From: Eledone cirrhosa
Lineage: Eukaryota
Direction: 5' to 3'
NCBI GenBank assembly: GCA_964016885.1
Contig: OZ024740.1
Location: 43,710,001-43,774,000 of the forward strand
DNA length: 64,000 nucleotides
Each line of letters starts with the position of its first letter. Within the stretch, counting starts at the first letter, position 1. Both the position numbers and the translations under genes were made by a program. A model generated the notes under the pieces. The model was not told the origin of the DNA. It saw only the letters and a program-made list of their open reading frames with translations, and ran no database searches. Shown piece by piece: positions 11,914 to 24,842 of the stretch.

Positions 11914-13600
11914 CTACACCACCACCAGCACCACAACCAAGACGAACACCACCACCACCACCAAAATCACTACGACCAACGCCACCACCACCACCACAAT
12001 CATCACTATCAACTCCACCAGAAACACCAGCAATACCAACAGCAGCAGCAACACCAACAACAACACCAGCACCACTAACACCACCAGCACCAGTACCATC
12101 ACCACCTTCACCACTACCATCATTACCATCACCACCACCACCACCTTCACCACTACCATCACCACCAGCACCGCCATTACCACCACTACAAGCACCATAA
12201 CCACTACCACCATTATCACCACCAGCACCACTACCCCCAACATCACCACCACCACCACCACCACCCTCAACATCACCACCACCACCACCACCAACACAAA
12301 CACCATAACCACTACCACCATTATCACCACCACCACCACCACCATCACCATCACTACCACCAGCGTCACCATCACCACCACCACAAACACCATAACCCCT
12401 ACCCCCATTATCACCACCACCACCACTATCACCACCACCAGCGTCACCATCACCACCACCACCACAAACACCATAACTCCTACCCCCATTATCACCACCA
12501 CCACCACTATCACCACCACCAGGGTCACCATCACCACCACCACAAACACCATAACCCCTACCCCCATTATCACCACCACCACCACTATCACCACCACCAG
12601 GGTCACCATCACCACCACCACAAACACCATAACCCTACCCCCATTATCACCACCACCACCACTATCACCACCACCAGCGTCACCATCACCACCACCACCA
12701 CAAACACCATAACCCCTACCCCCATTATCGCCACCACCACCACTATCACCACCACCAGCGTCACCATCACCACCACCACAAACACCATAACCCTACCCCC
12801 ATTATCACCACCACCAGCGTCACTATCACCAGCACCAGCGTCACCATCACCACCACCACCACAAACACCATAACCCTACCCCCATTATCACCACCACCAG
12901 CGTCACTATCACCAGCACCAGCGTCACCATCACCACCACCACCACAAACACCATAACCCTACCCCCATTATCACCACCACCACCACCACTATCACCACCA
13001 CCAGCGTCACCATCACCACCACCACAAACACCATAACCCTACCCCCATTATCACCACCACCACCACAAACACCATAACCCCTACCCCCATTATCACCACC
13101 ACCACTATCACCACCACCAGCGTCACCATCACCACCACCACAAACACCATAACCCTACCCCCATTATCACCACCACCACCACTATCACCACCACCAGCGT
13201 CACCATCACCACCACCACCACAAACACCATAACCCCTACCCCCATTATCACCACCAATACCACCACTATCACCACCACCAGCGTCACCATCACCACCACC
13301 ACAAACACCATAACCACTACCACCATTATCACTAGCACCAGCACCATCATCAAAAGCATCAGCATCGCCAACAACAGCACAACCATAAAAAACTAGCATT
13401 AGGACCACCACCATCACTACCACCACCAACACCATCACCACCACCACCACCATCACACCACCACCACCAACACTTGCAACACCACCACCAACACCACCAC
13501 CACTACCATCCCCCCCACACAACCCCACCACACCCCCACCACCACCATAACCCCACCACGAAACACCACCACCACAACCACACCACCATCACCACCACCA
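11914..13600. repeat. (ACC)n-derived minisatellite, ~65-70 bp unit
   Basis: Recurrent unit ACCACAAACACCATAACCC(C)TACCCCCATTATCACC...AGCGTCACCATC. Confidence 0.9.
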
Positions 13601-13847
13601 ATACTTACAGCATCAAGAAAAGTAAAATAAACCGATTAAGTAGATAAATAAAAGCACCAACAACAACAAATAAAACAACAGATTAGAGATTTATGAGATA
13701 GACTTTATGGATAAAAACAATAATAAAATGAACACACGAAACAAAAACAATCAAATGTCAAATAGAAGATATTGTTATGCTGTTCTTGAAGACAGAAAAC
13801 AAAAAAAACTAATGGAACCCACGTGATACGGGGCATTATCTAATGCA

Positions 13848-13863
13848 TAGTAGTAGTAGTAGC

Positions 13864-13916
<53 letters not shown>

Positions 13917-13933
13917 GGTTGTCGGTGGTGGTG

Positions 13934-13985
<52 letters not shown>

Positions 13986-13986
13986 C

Positions 13987-14017
<31 letters not shown>

Positions 14018-14020
14018 ATT

Positions 14021-14053
<33 letters not shown>

Positions 14054-14066
14054 ATGGTGGTGGTGC

Positions 14067-14111
<45 letters not shown>

Positions 14112-14190
14112 CAGTAGTAGTAGTGGTGGTGGTATTAGTAGAAGTGGTAGTAGTAGTAGTAGTAGTAGTGGCAGTAGTAGTAGTAGTAGA
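13848..14190. repeat. (TAG)n/(TGG)n microsatellite
   Basis: Seen directly. Confidence 0.95.
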
Positions 14191-14354
14191 TCAGTGCAGT
14201 AGACTGATGAAATGAGACAGTTTTCTGTGATTCTATTAATGTCTTTTTTTAATTCTACATTGGGTAAGATATGGTCATGACAACAACTGAAAAATCTGAT
14301 GATATTGCTCATCGTATATATGTGTATATATATGTGTGTGTATATATATATATA

Positions 14355-14938
14355 AGCAATGAAATAAAAACAAAGAACAAGTTCTTTATATTAAATAATT
14401 CATCATTTTACGATCGTTTCTAGGATGTATATGTGTGTTGGTATGTATAACATAGATCTATGTAAAAATATTACAAATTATCAGAGGAAATATACATACC
14501 TTCACATATACATGCTGTCTTCAGAAATGATGAGATTTGTTTATTGAAAAAAAAACAACAAAGATTTAATATAAAAGGTCTGTTTGGGAACAGGTTTTGA
14601 ATTGACCAATATATATATATATATAAAAATTTATAAAAACAATGAATAAAAACAAAGAACAATTCCTTATATTAAAAAATTCATGATTTTACGATCGTTT
14701 CTAGGATATATATGTATGTTGGTATATATATCATATAGATCTATGTAAAAATATTACAAACTATCAGAGGAAATATACATAGATCTATATGATAAACATA
14801 CCAACATACATATATCTAAAATTACATAGATCTATATGATATACATACCAACACACATATATATCCTAGAAACGATCGTAAAATGGTGAATGTTTTAATA
14901 TAAGGAACTTGTTCTTTGTTTTTATTCATTGTTTTTAT
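14355..14938. repeat. Direct plus inverted repeat set (pseudo-LTR-like) carrying hammerhead halves
   Basis: 14360-14497 is repeated at 14642-14780 and inverted at 14822-14938. Confidence 0.85.
14400..14533 (-). ncRNA. Type-I hammerhead ribozyme with long stem II
   Basis: Minus strand: TCATCATTT-CTGAAGA-[long stem II]-GAAA-CGATCG-TA|AAATGATGA. 9-bp stem I, palindromic stem III, GUA cleavage triplet. Confidence 0.8.
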
Positions 14939-15078
14939 TAATTTATCTTGATTCTGTTTTCCTATGATTTACATCGAACATTTTTGAATGCATCTTCTCT
15001 TTTCATGATATTTGGATTACATTGAGTTCTTCATACGGATTGGACACTACCGTATATTTTGGTAGATTTATCTATCTA

Positions 15079-15124
<46 letters not shown>

Positions 15125-15191
15125 ATATATATATATATATATATATATGATATATATATATATATATATATGATATATATATATATATATA

Positions 15192-15242
<51 letters not shown>

Positions 15243-15435
15243 TAAATTTAGCGAGAATCGCATTTCGGCGGGTAGAAAAAGAGTTATGGTGGCAAGCGCT
15301 CCATAATTAAAAAATCAGAGCTAAACAATATGTTAAAACGCCATACAAACTGAAAAAGTGGTCAAGAAGGCATTAACCACCTAACCAATAAACAAATCAA
15401 GCTAAACAGGTCAAACAAAATAAATAATAAAATAA

Positions 15436-15507
<72 letters not shown>

Positions 15508-16314
15508 TATATATTATATACTTTATGTATGTATATATAACATATATATATGTATATATACATAATCGTAATTATCTATCCCGGATTCATATGTCGACGA
15601 TCTATGTTGCATTTTATTACTTGAGCATTAATATATCATGGTATCTTCTCGTATGAAAATTAGCTTTATGTTTATGCATCAAATGTATGTAACGATATTT
15701 CATTTCCATACTTCAACATCAATGTCTACAGCCGTAACGGACAAATGAGTATAAGTTGGTGGTTTGTATAATGATTTCACTATAAAGTTTAAGAGGCCAT
15801 GTAGACTCAAGCAGACAGAGACACCCTCCATTTATCTAGCGATACATCCAGGATGTGACACCTGGAAACAAAAGGGTTGCATTAGAACTGGGCTGGTAAT
15901 TTCTTTATTGCCCCCAAAAAGGATTAAAACAATGTGGACCTCGGCAGAAACTCTAGACTACAATTCCAGCGTGCTAACCGCCCTGCTAAATCAACCCTTC
16001 TTCATATTTCACACTGATTTTAAATTAAAGCTTTAACTCCGAATTTGATTTTCAATTTCCCTTCAGTTCGTTATTTGTTCTTTTAGTATGAGTCAACCTC
16101 ACCCATTTTTGTGCCCCATCTATTCAGGGTTCCCTCGTTGATGCTTTACACCCCACACCGACGCAAAATTTATATCCCCTTTTAACTCTTGATTGGCTCC
16201 AAGGGGCGTCATATTGGCATACAGTGTTTCTTGGGCATATTAAACCTGATAATTTCTATCATAGAAAGAATGAGAGTGATAGAGAGGAAGCGGGAAAGAG
16301 ATATAGTTGAAGAA

Positions 16315-16466
16315 TCGACACCAGTATTAGACTGGTACTTTATTTTCGACTTCGAAAGAATGAAAGTCCAAGTTACCTTGGCAGGATTTGAACTGAGAGA
16401 GCATGAGTCGGAACGAATTCTGCAAAATTCTATACGAAGTTCTAACGGCTTTGCCACTTTGCCGCC
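16315..16466 (-). mobile_element. Degenerate SINE, family 1
   Basis: Reverse complement of the B-box and central domain (ctggtactttattttcgac...gatttgaact). Confidence 0.6.
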
Positions 16467-17139
16467 TTTTTTGAAAATGAAGCCGTGCTGTATTAATTCT
16501 GATCGAAGTAAGTGTAGCGTTAATTATGTAAATGATTCAAGTGCACTAGATATGAGACAGTAGAATCTATTGACCAATTACTAACGTTGCGATATCGATT
16601 AACTCTAAATAAATTTACTACAATGTGATTAATATGGTACTTAATTTGAAATTGAAATGTTTCGTAAATTTCCTTCTCAGCTTCTAACCAGTGAAACCTG
16701 CGACTAAAACATTTGGATAATGTCCTGGTGTAAACGGTTAATTAAGGTAAATATTCTTAAATATAGACGTAATCATAAATGTTTCATTACAAGTATCGTG
16801 TGGAACTATATTATCTAATGTTTTCTTATTTAGGAGGAAAAGGTGTGATTTGCGGGATATTTGGCTGTTTTTTTCTAGCAGACTATCAAGCATTTGGAGC
16901 TTCTTTCTTGGATCTTGATGGACTAAGCACAATATACTCAGCTGGTAACAATCAACTATAGCTTCTGCAAAATTATGTTTTGAATCTCGTCAAAAGAAAT
17001 GCTTTGGCGTACGGATCGCCCGAGCATCGGGTCAAGTAGTAAGTTGTGGTATTCAGTTCCATACCTATACGCTCTGGGTTCAACTCTTGCTGTGCTAGAC
17101 ATATATTTTCATCCAATCAAAGTAGTACAAATGCAATAA

Positions 17140-17217
17140 GCGCCCAAATAATGTGTGCCACGCCGGCCGACGTCCTCGCGTTGGGCCCTGGAAACTGATT
17201 ATTGATCAAACGAACGG
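17140..17217 (+). ncRNA. Candidate HDV-like ribozyme
   Basis: P1 GCGCCCA/TGGGCCC (one mismatch), P3 ACG/CGT around L3 TCCTCG, P1.1 CC/GG, P4 TGATT/GATCA, J4/2 CGAA, short P2 CCG/CGG. Confidence 0.5.
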
Positions 17218-17842
17218 AAACAACCTGAGACCAACTCATACGCAGTAAGAAGATTAGGTTTATGTTAAAATACTTTAGTACTCTTATTTGTTTCGGTGGG
17301 TACAGTAGATCAAGTGTGATATCCCAGGAAGCCGAGTTTAAAATATGGTTTCACAACTTTATCGGGAATGGTATCAACACCCAAATGTCAGTTATAATGC
17401 TTTGCGGTAATCGCTTCGGGTCCCTGCGCTGTGAGTTCAAATCGCACCGAGTTTAACTTTGCCTTTCATTAATAAAGAACCAGTTCAGTAATGGGACCGA
17501 TTCCTCCTCTATTCTCTATCACACTTCTTCTATATCACTGTTACTCCTTTAGCTGTGTTTCGACCTGGAAAGGAGATGGGCTCTGCCAGGTCTAAAATGC
17601 CCCCAAAATACCCTATGACTCAATCAAAAGTTACGCATACATACACACATTAACACCTAACAACCGATATTACGCCACATAATGTTCACAAGTTTTATAC
17701 CTGATTAACATAAGTGAGATTAACTCTATGTTCACTCTATGTTCGCTGAATCACAACTCGCTTCATTCTAAATATATGTTTTCACATCCATTTCTAGATT
17801 ATTTGAAGTGTATTCAAGAAAATTACAGGACTGTTTCTCTCC

Positions 17843-18030
17843 GATGTGGATTGGCAATATGGGTAGAGGGTCGGACGCCATGCTCTGCAGCAAAGAGTTA
17901 CGGCTCTTTATGATCTGAGTTCAAATCCTGCGGAGGTTAACTTTGCCTTTCATCCTTACGGGGTCGATAAAATAAAGTACAAGTAATACACTGGGATAAT
18001 TGCTGGCCTTGTGCCAAAAGTAGAAACAAT
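17843..18030 (+). mobile_element. SINE, family 1 (a further fragment at ~17385-17490)
   Basis: Same head, central domain and tail as 8658-8845. Confidence 0.85.
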
Positions 18031-18807
18031 TATTAGTTTATATTCTTTCTGAGTTTCTCTTTCTTACGCATTGTTTAGATTGATCTCTTAGTTACACATT
18101 TCTGTTTTAAACAATTTTAAATATTTTGATTCCTTTCAGCTACCTTTAACATTCATTCTTTTCACATATCCCAAAGAAAAATGCTGCTAAGGTTTCCATT
18201 GGTTTAAGATGACAACACATTCCAACCGCTCACTAAAATACCCCAGTCTCTAGTCTACAATCCTTCCGTTTCCCAAGTAGAATTCCTTCCCTATACATGC
18301 TTATAATTTAGTCGTCATTTCCAACTGCCCAAGAGAAAGGTTAACGGGATTAATTTTACTGAAGATTATTCTGATAAAAGAAAAGGTGTCATATCTCAGG
18401 TAATTTTCACATGATAATTAAATCTCAACGGAGATATATCTCAGCGAACCTCTGATAAGTTTTAAGCACGTCTCACGTGTGACAGTTGTCTATAATTATT
18501 ATGTCTATCTCTACTATGAAGCATGTTATATATATATAACGACAGGAGACTAATTGCATTATTCAGAAAGTTTTGTCAGTTATATTTGAGAGTTTGAATC
18601 ATGTCAATTTAATTTATTATGTCTGTTATCAACAGGTTATGTGTAGTAGCGAAATACACCTCTTTACTTTAGGATTTCTCAGTGAAACTAGTAGACAAAT
18701 AGAACGTTCTCTGATGGTTGTGCTGATCTATATTTCGGCAGCTGGAAATATATTTTGACCATTCACTAAAATGTGTTGGACATCTTTAACATTAAGAGCT
18801 GAACAAC

Positions 18808-18938
18808 TCCAGAGGTTGTTATATTACAAGCTGAATATTCTTGTTACGTTACTGTCACTGTGTCCTTTGGACAAGCCTCAGGGTTGTTGTATTATAAGCT
18901 AAATAGTCTTGGTACGTTACTAACACTATGTCCTTTGT
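18808..18938. repeat. Imperfect ~65-70 bp tandem duplication
   Basis: GGTTGTT.TATTA.AAGCT.AATA.TCTTG.TACGTTACT..CACT.TGTCCTTTG occurs twice. Confidence 0.75.
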
Positions 18939-19289
18939 GTATTGATACACTTGAGCTTTCATTTCTCAGCAAAATGAATCGGTATATATATTATGTGAAG
19001 CTCATTTCAGTAATTAATAAATGACTAGTTGTTACGAATTAAAACATCTCGGTCGTACAGAATTTAACATTACATTCAAAATATGAATTAAATTACTTGG
19101 TTGATCATTGGTGGGTCAATATAAAAGATTTACAAAGCCGCTGTATAGTTTCATTTCAACATAATTAGAAAAACAAGATAGAATATATTATGATAAACAT
19201 TTACGGAGCTGAAAATTGACCAGATCTGGCATGATCTTTAATAACGTCGTACCAATGGAAAAAAGAAGTTTTGCAGTCAACACTTAATG

Positions 19290-19490
19290 ATTTCTAGTAT
19301 AGGCACAAGGTCAGTAATTTGGTGGGAGGGAAAAGTCGATTAAATCGACCCAAGTACGTTACTGGTGCTTATTTTATCGACTCCTTAAGGATGAAAAGCA
19401 AATTTAACCTCGGCGGCATTTGAACTCAAACCGTAATGGGCCGTAACTCTATGCTGCAAAGCTTGGTGTCCGACGCTGTACCGATAGTGC
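19290..19490 (-). mobile_element. SINE, family 1
   Basis: Reverse complement of the family consensus. Confidence 0.8.
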
Positions 19491-21096
19491 CCTGAGTCAA
19501 CACTTAATAATAAACAGGAAATGTTCAGACATTGTTCTGGGAAAGAAGAAATTAAGGGGCAGTAACTAATATGATCTGGGACCTACCTGTTCTCTGTTCG
19601 ACTTTGGCCGATTTATAATCATTGATATAATTTCATAGATCACGTTTCAAATAAAATTTAAGTATGTGTATCACTGCCCGATATATCTTACAAAAAGGAT
19701 TTTCCGATGTGATATACAACTGATATAGAAATGACAACAATATCTAAAGACGATGCTTCTGTAATCAGTTGTTTAAATAGTTAACCAGGTTTGCTTTCAT
19801 GGTGATGGCACTTAATCCTTTGAGTGGTTCTCCTTGACTACATCCAATACTCTGTTGTCACGTATTCAAGCATGTTTCTTCATTTGCTATTTGCATTGTA
19901 GCCATCTGTAACAAGATTGCAACTTATGTAATTCTTACTTAAGCATTTCCTGTAATGGTTTATTTTTATGTGTTGCAACGTTTCGTGTTGGCAAACGGTG
20001 AACTAAATAAATATTCATTTCAAATACAATGATTTGGATAGGAATAGTTTCTGTTTATAAACGACTTTCTTGAAATAGAACTAGAAATACTGCTATGATT
20101 TAGGGATTCAAATTATGTTGTTATTGTTTTGTTGTTTTTTTGTCAACACTGAATCTGTGAAGGACGTATATACATTTAAAATATAGTTCTAGTTTGCTTG
20201 CTATGCCTAAATATCGAAAACAAATAGCAAGTTCCTATGTAATCGATAATCTGCTAGAATTAGCAATCAAGTTCCTAACAGTTGTTTTTATAAAGAAAGA
20301 ATACATTGGATAGAATAATCCTAAATAGAAAAATATATATAACAAAAAAAAGAAAACAGAATCGTTGGGGTTGGATTCGGCGTCTGTTAAACCAGCATAG
20401 ATCTGCTGTTAAATAACAACGTAAAAAAAATATACAACAGACACAAAAGCCATGAATAAAATCTACATTCGCAAAAGCAAGAGCAACAACAATCGAAACA
20501 GCTGCGCAGTTGCTGGAAGTAGAAGCCTCATCTCCCTCCAATATTACCCCACTATCTCTAAAAACGGAGAACACTTTGAATATTGTGATTTAGAATCAAT
20601 GACCGGATAGGCACCCAGGAAAGTATATCTAGCATAATGAAAGAGGTACTGAAGGGGAGGGAGAGGAGGGTGATATTCAAGATATCGAATCGTCGTTATC
20701 ATCGAATCGTCAACATTTCTTGAGGTATATCAGTGCAATACGATTGTAGATGACTAGATCAGAATGCTTTCCTTCTTCAGAATGGAAAACACAGTGAAGT
20801 CACTGGATTTTCTCGGTGTACTGCCTACAGAAGCATCATGGTTGAGAAATGGGGGAAATGAGGATTTCGTATGGTTGGTAGAGATCAGTTTAGCAATAGC
20901 CAGAAGGATCGGCTGCAGCTTGACAGGTGGTATGAATTGAATGCAATGCGATCCAAAGAAGCATCAGTCGTTGTTCAGAGGGTGGTATTGTTAGAGTTGG
21001 TTTACTACGTAAACGCAGCCCAGTTTGGGGAGAGGGTAATTTTTGCCAGGCGTCGTAGGCCATATCTATAGACTGGAGTGTTGCAGCGTAGCTAGA

Positions 21097-21256
21097 AGTG
21101 AACCACTTGGTTTGACATTAAGTGAACCACTTAGTGGGGCATTAAGGGAACAACTTAGAGTAACATTGCTTGAATGACTTAGTGTGAACAACATACTGTG
21201 ACATTGAGTGAACAACATAGTATGGCAGAGAGTGAATAGCTTAGTGTGACATGGAC
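21097..21256. repeat. Degenerate 24-bp minisatellite
   Basis: About six copies of an AGTGAACCACTTAGTGTGACATTA-like unit. Confidence 0.75.
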
Positions 21257-22627
21257 AGATACGGAGTTTTGTTTTGTGTGAAATGTCATTGGTCATGTTA
21301 AGGAGGGTGATATCAGCCACACGCCTACCAGCGATAGTTAGTACGTTTATATTACAATGACTATCATAGTTGACTTAAATTTAGATCTTGGTATGTGTGT
21401 CTAGTACTTTACTCCGCTGTAACACCATGTATCAATTTTCCGATATTCTAGGATATCAGAAACTTGACATAATGCCAGTTCATGCTTCCCTAAACTTATT
21501 ATCAGTGTTAATGAGATAACATTATCTAGTAAGAATACATTGGGATCCTACGGCGTATTAATCGAAATAGCCTTTCGCACATGATTTGGAAATTCATTCA
21601 ACGCGCTGTCACATACAGCTACATCTTTATTTTCATTAGTTTGGTGTAGCAACTGTGTGTAACTCATCATTGTGTTACAAATATAAGAAAATATCTTATA
21701 AATTACCAGCGCACATAACATTAATTCGCGGTTAACTATGTTCGATATTCATATATATTGCTATCGTCAATTTCAGATACTATGGCAAGTTGGATAAAAT
21801 ACGTGAATATTGGTGTGTTTTAAATCTCTGTAATCATTTAAGCAAAACCTAACTATAAATGGGCAACTGATTAAATCCGATTTGTACACATGAGGAGAAT
21901 CGAACTGACATAATATTCCTACAAAACCAGTGAAAAGTCTATGCAAAACCAAACTGGGATAAGATCATTTCTGTATATTGATATATAATGATAAGTCTGT
22001 TTCCTGAGATCATAGATTAACAGGTGTGTATGTACAGTTTCGAAATCTGCCACTCTCAAACAATAAGGAAATAAAATAACTCTACTCTAACAAACACAAA
22101 GTCGAAATTATTAACTTTTAATTTAGAAGAAGAATTGGAGGATGATCAAAGTTGATTGAATTAACCCCACTGTTTGACTTGTACTTTCTTTTATCAACCA
22201 CGGAAGGATGATAGGCAAAATTGCCGTCGGCTGGATTTGAACACAGAACGTAATGAACTAGAATAGATACGTCAATAGTATTTTGTCTGATGCTTTACTA
22301 AGTCTGAAATCCACCATAGTAGATCACGTAAATAGTAATAGCTAGGAATATTGAGTGAGTTACATAGCATCATATTCTGGTGACACACACATTTCCTATT
22401 GCATTAGGAAGAAAAACACTAGAGACATGATTTTCAATCGAATATGACTTGATAGTATGTATCATGCCCCAACGACCCCCTCATGAATAAGTGGGAGAAG
22501 AAGAAGAATGTTATGATCGAGAGCCCTATTTCCATGAGCAAATAACATTGAAATCTCACAGCAAGCTGGGCTTCAATTGAATTTTTCTTGGTATTTTGAC
22601 AGGACGCCTATCAAAGAGTATCATTAA

Positions 22628-22798
22628 GGGCGGAGGATTGGACGCCATGCTTTACAGCATACAGTTACGGCCCTTTATGTTCTGAGTTCAAATCCCGCTG
22701 ACGTTAACTTTGCCTTTCATCCTTACGGGGTCGATAAAATAAAGTACCAGTAATACACTGGATAATTGCTGGCCTTGTGCCAAAAAAGAAACAATTAT
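22628..22798 (+). mobile_element. SINE, family 1 (degenerate minus copy at ~22150-22315)
   Basis: Matches the family consensus. Confidence 0.85.
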
Positions 22799-23309
22799 TT
22801 AAAACGGACAATTAGCAGCATACGTTAATTAGGATATAAATGTGATTTGTGTGCCGTTTAGTTTGTTGGTCCGCCATATAATATATGTTTAAGATTCGGG
22901 TTAACAGAGCAAATAATTCAAGTTAACGTGAGGATGAGGAATCAATAGTGAAGAAGATTACAATTTTCTTCAAAATGCAAAAAAGAAAGATTTGGCTAAT
23001 AGCACGGTGAGATAATTGCTATTCGCTGTAGCATATACAAAAGTAAACTTTGGCTTAACGTATTTTTTAATACATTACTGGGTAATAGAGAAACACCAGA
23101 GCGTTGAAAAACTTTGCATTACCTTGTGAATCTAAGTAATGGAACTTGTAAGATATATTGATCACAACAGTGGCTGAGAGGCGAATATCGCCGGGATATT
23201 GTGAATGTAACAACTGTATACATATATATATATACAGTTGTTCCATATATAAACACACACACACACACATATATATACATGTATAGGCAAAATAAAAGAA
23301 GAGTATTCC

Positions 23310-23538
23310 ACAAGCACGCGTACCCTTAAGGTAATTCTCAGGGAGATTCTGCGTGATACAGAATCTGAAAAAGATGTCCCTTCGAATTACAGGTGCAACT
23401 CTTTTTTGCCCGCTGAGTGAACTGTAGCAACGTCAAATAAAGTGTTTTGCTCAAGGACCGAACGCGCCGCCGGGATCTGAACTCACCACCTTACAATCAT
23501 GAGCAGAATTCCCTAATCACAAAGGCACGGGCTTTCAC
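23310..23538 (-). mobile_element. tRNA-derived SINE, family 2 (CORE/V-like central domain)
   Basis: Minus strand: tRNA-like head, then GTCCTTGAGCAAAACACTTTATTTGACGTTGC..CAGTTCACTCAGC. Relatives at 53553-53700 and 58030-58335. Confidence 0.75.
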
Positions 23539-23864
23539 TAAATAATATACAGAGATATCTAATATATAAGCATGTAAGTATGCCAGAAAATATGAATTTC
23601 CCTGGAAATTGGAAAAATAATGATTGATTTCAGATCTAATTGGCTCCTCATCAGAAGACGCTTCTATCTTACAATCAATAACTAGGAAGCATGTATTTGA
23701 CAGGTATACATACGCATTTGCTCTTAGTATTATTCTGAAATGGAAGTACTAATTTGTATATAATTGGCGCTCCTGTTGGTAATTAACTAAGATATAAAGT
23801 AAAAAGTGCGCAAACAGCCGAAGTTTATGATAAAGTTATATCTGTATTAATACTAACAGCGAAT

Positions 23865-23913
<49 letters not shown>

Positions 23914-24020
23914 AAAGTTTTTATTTAAAATTGTTGGGTTACAACAAGTAAATATTTTATAGCTGATATAAAGCACTCGACAAGTTTTTGGTACGCTCTC
24001 ATAAGATAAAATACAAAATT

Positions 24021-24070
<50 letters not shown>

Positions 24071-24110
24071 GATATTAAACAAATGGAAACTATATTTATA
24101 AAACCATATT

Positions 24111-24176
24111 TATTTCATTATACATATTTCAGGGATACCATATTAAAAATATGGCATGCCTTCGTCAGATAAAATA
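24111..24176 (-). ncRNA. Type-I hammerhead ribozyme (left palindrome arm)
   Basis: Inverted copy of 24310-24375. Confidence 0.75.
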
Positions 24177-24309
24177 CAAAATATAAACAGTTTTATAAGT
24201 AAGTTTGACGTACCATAATATAAGCGACCATTAAATTAGGAGCCTCCTAATTTAATGGTCGCTTATATTATGGTACGTCAAAATTATTTATAAAACTGTT
24301 TATATATTG

Positions 24310-24375
24310 TATTTTATCTGACGAAGGCATGCCATATTTTTAATATGGTATCCCTGAAATATGTATAATGAAATA
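24310..24375 (+). ncRNA. Type-I hammerhead ribozyme (right palindrome arm)
   Basis: TATTTTAT-CTGACGA-AGGCATGCCATATT/AATATGGTATCCCT-GAAA-TATGTA-TA|ATGAAATA. Confidence 0.75.
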
Positions 24376-24569
24376 AATATGGTTTTATAAATATAGTTTC
24401 CATTTATCATTGATATTATACTTCAGGAAACCTGTTGAGTGTTTCGAATGTGTTATAAATAAATTTGTTGAATTACCAACAAATTAAATATCTGTTTGCT
24501 TATATATATATATATATATATATACTTCACTGCTCGCAAGTGTTTTTTAAACTTCATATCATGTCTCCC

Positions 24570-24640
24570 TATTTTATCTGATGAGAACGCAAGTATCATC
24601 CCATGATGATATTTGTTTTTGAAATGCGCATAATAAAATA
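24570..24640 (+). ncRNA. Type-I hammerhead ribozyme in a ~150-bp (TA)n-flanked module
   Basis: TATTTTAT-CTGATGA-[16-bp stem II, loop CCAT]-GAAA-TGCGCA-TA|ATAAAATA. Confidence 0.85.
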
Positions 24641-24792
24641 CATGGAACTCTTTTAACCATCTTTTGATCTTATATATATATATATATATATATACCATTA
24701 CATCAATCGTCCCGCGAGCTGGTCGCCAGAGAAACGATTGTAATATTTATAATAAATTTTATTCGTCGCAACACTGATTCGCCGTTTCTTAT

Positions 24793-24834
<42 letters not shown>

Positions 24835-24842
<8 letters not shown>

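Larger units (their letters stand above)
24081..24405. repeat. Near-perfect 325-bp palindrome (162-bp arms, 1-nt spacer at 24243)
   Basis: Arms are reverse complements around TTAGGAG-C-CTCCTAA. Preceded by (TA)n. Confidence 0.95.

Noticed and set aside
11914-14312. Poly-Val, Gly-rich, poly-Leu and poly-Ser ORFs resembling membrane or structural proteins
   Set aside because: Frames through (GGT)n and (TAG)n repeats; unit indels are not frame-preserving.
20480-21080. Possible decayed CR1/Jockey ORF1-endonuclease region
   Set aside because: Only vague similarity; no motif I can support.
21097-21256. CRISPR-like array
   Set aside because: Contiguous degenerate 24-bp tandem units with no unique spacers, no cas genes and a eukaryotic context.
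23615-23662. Minus-strand CTGATGA...GAAA
   Set aside because: No stem I and a weak stem II.
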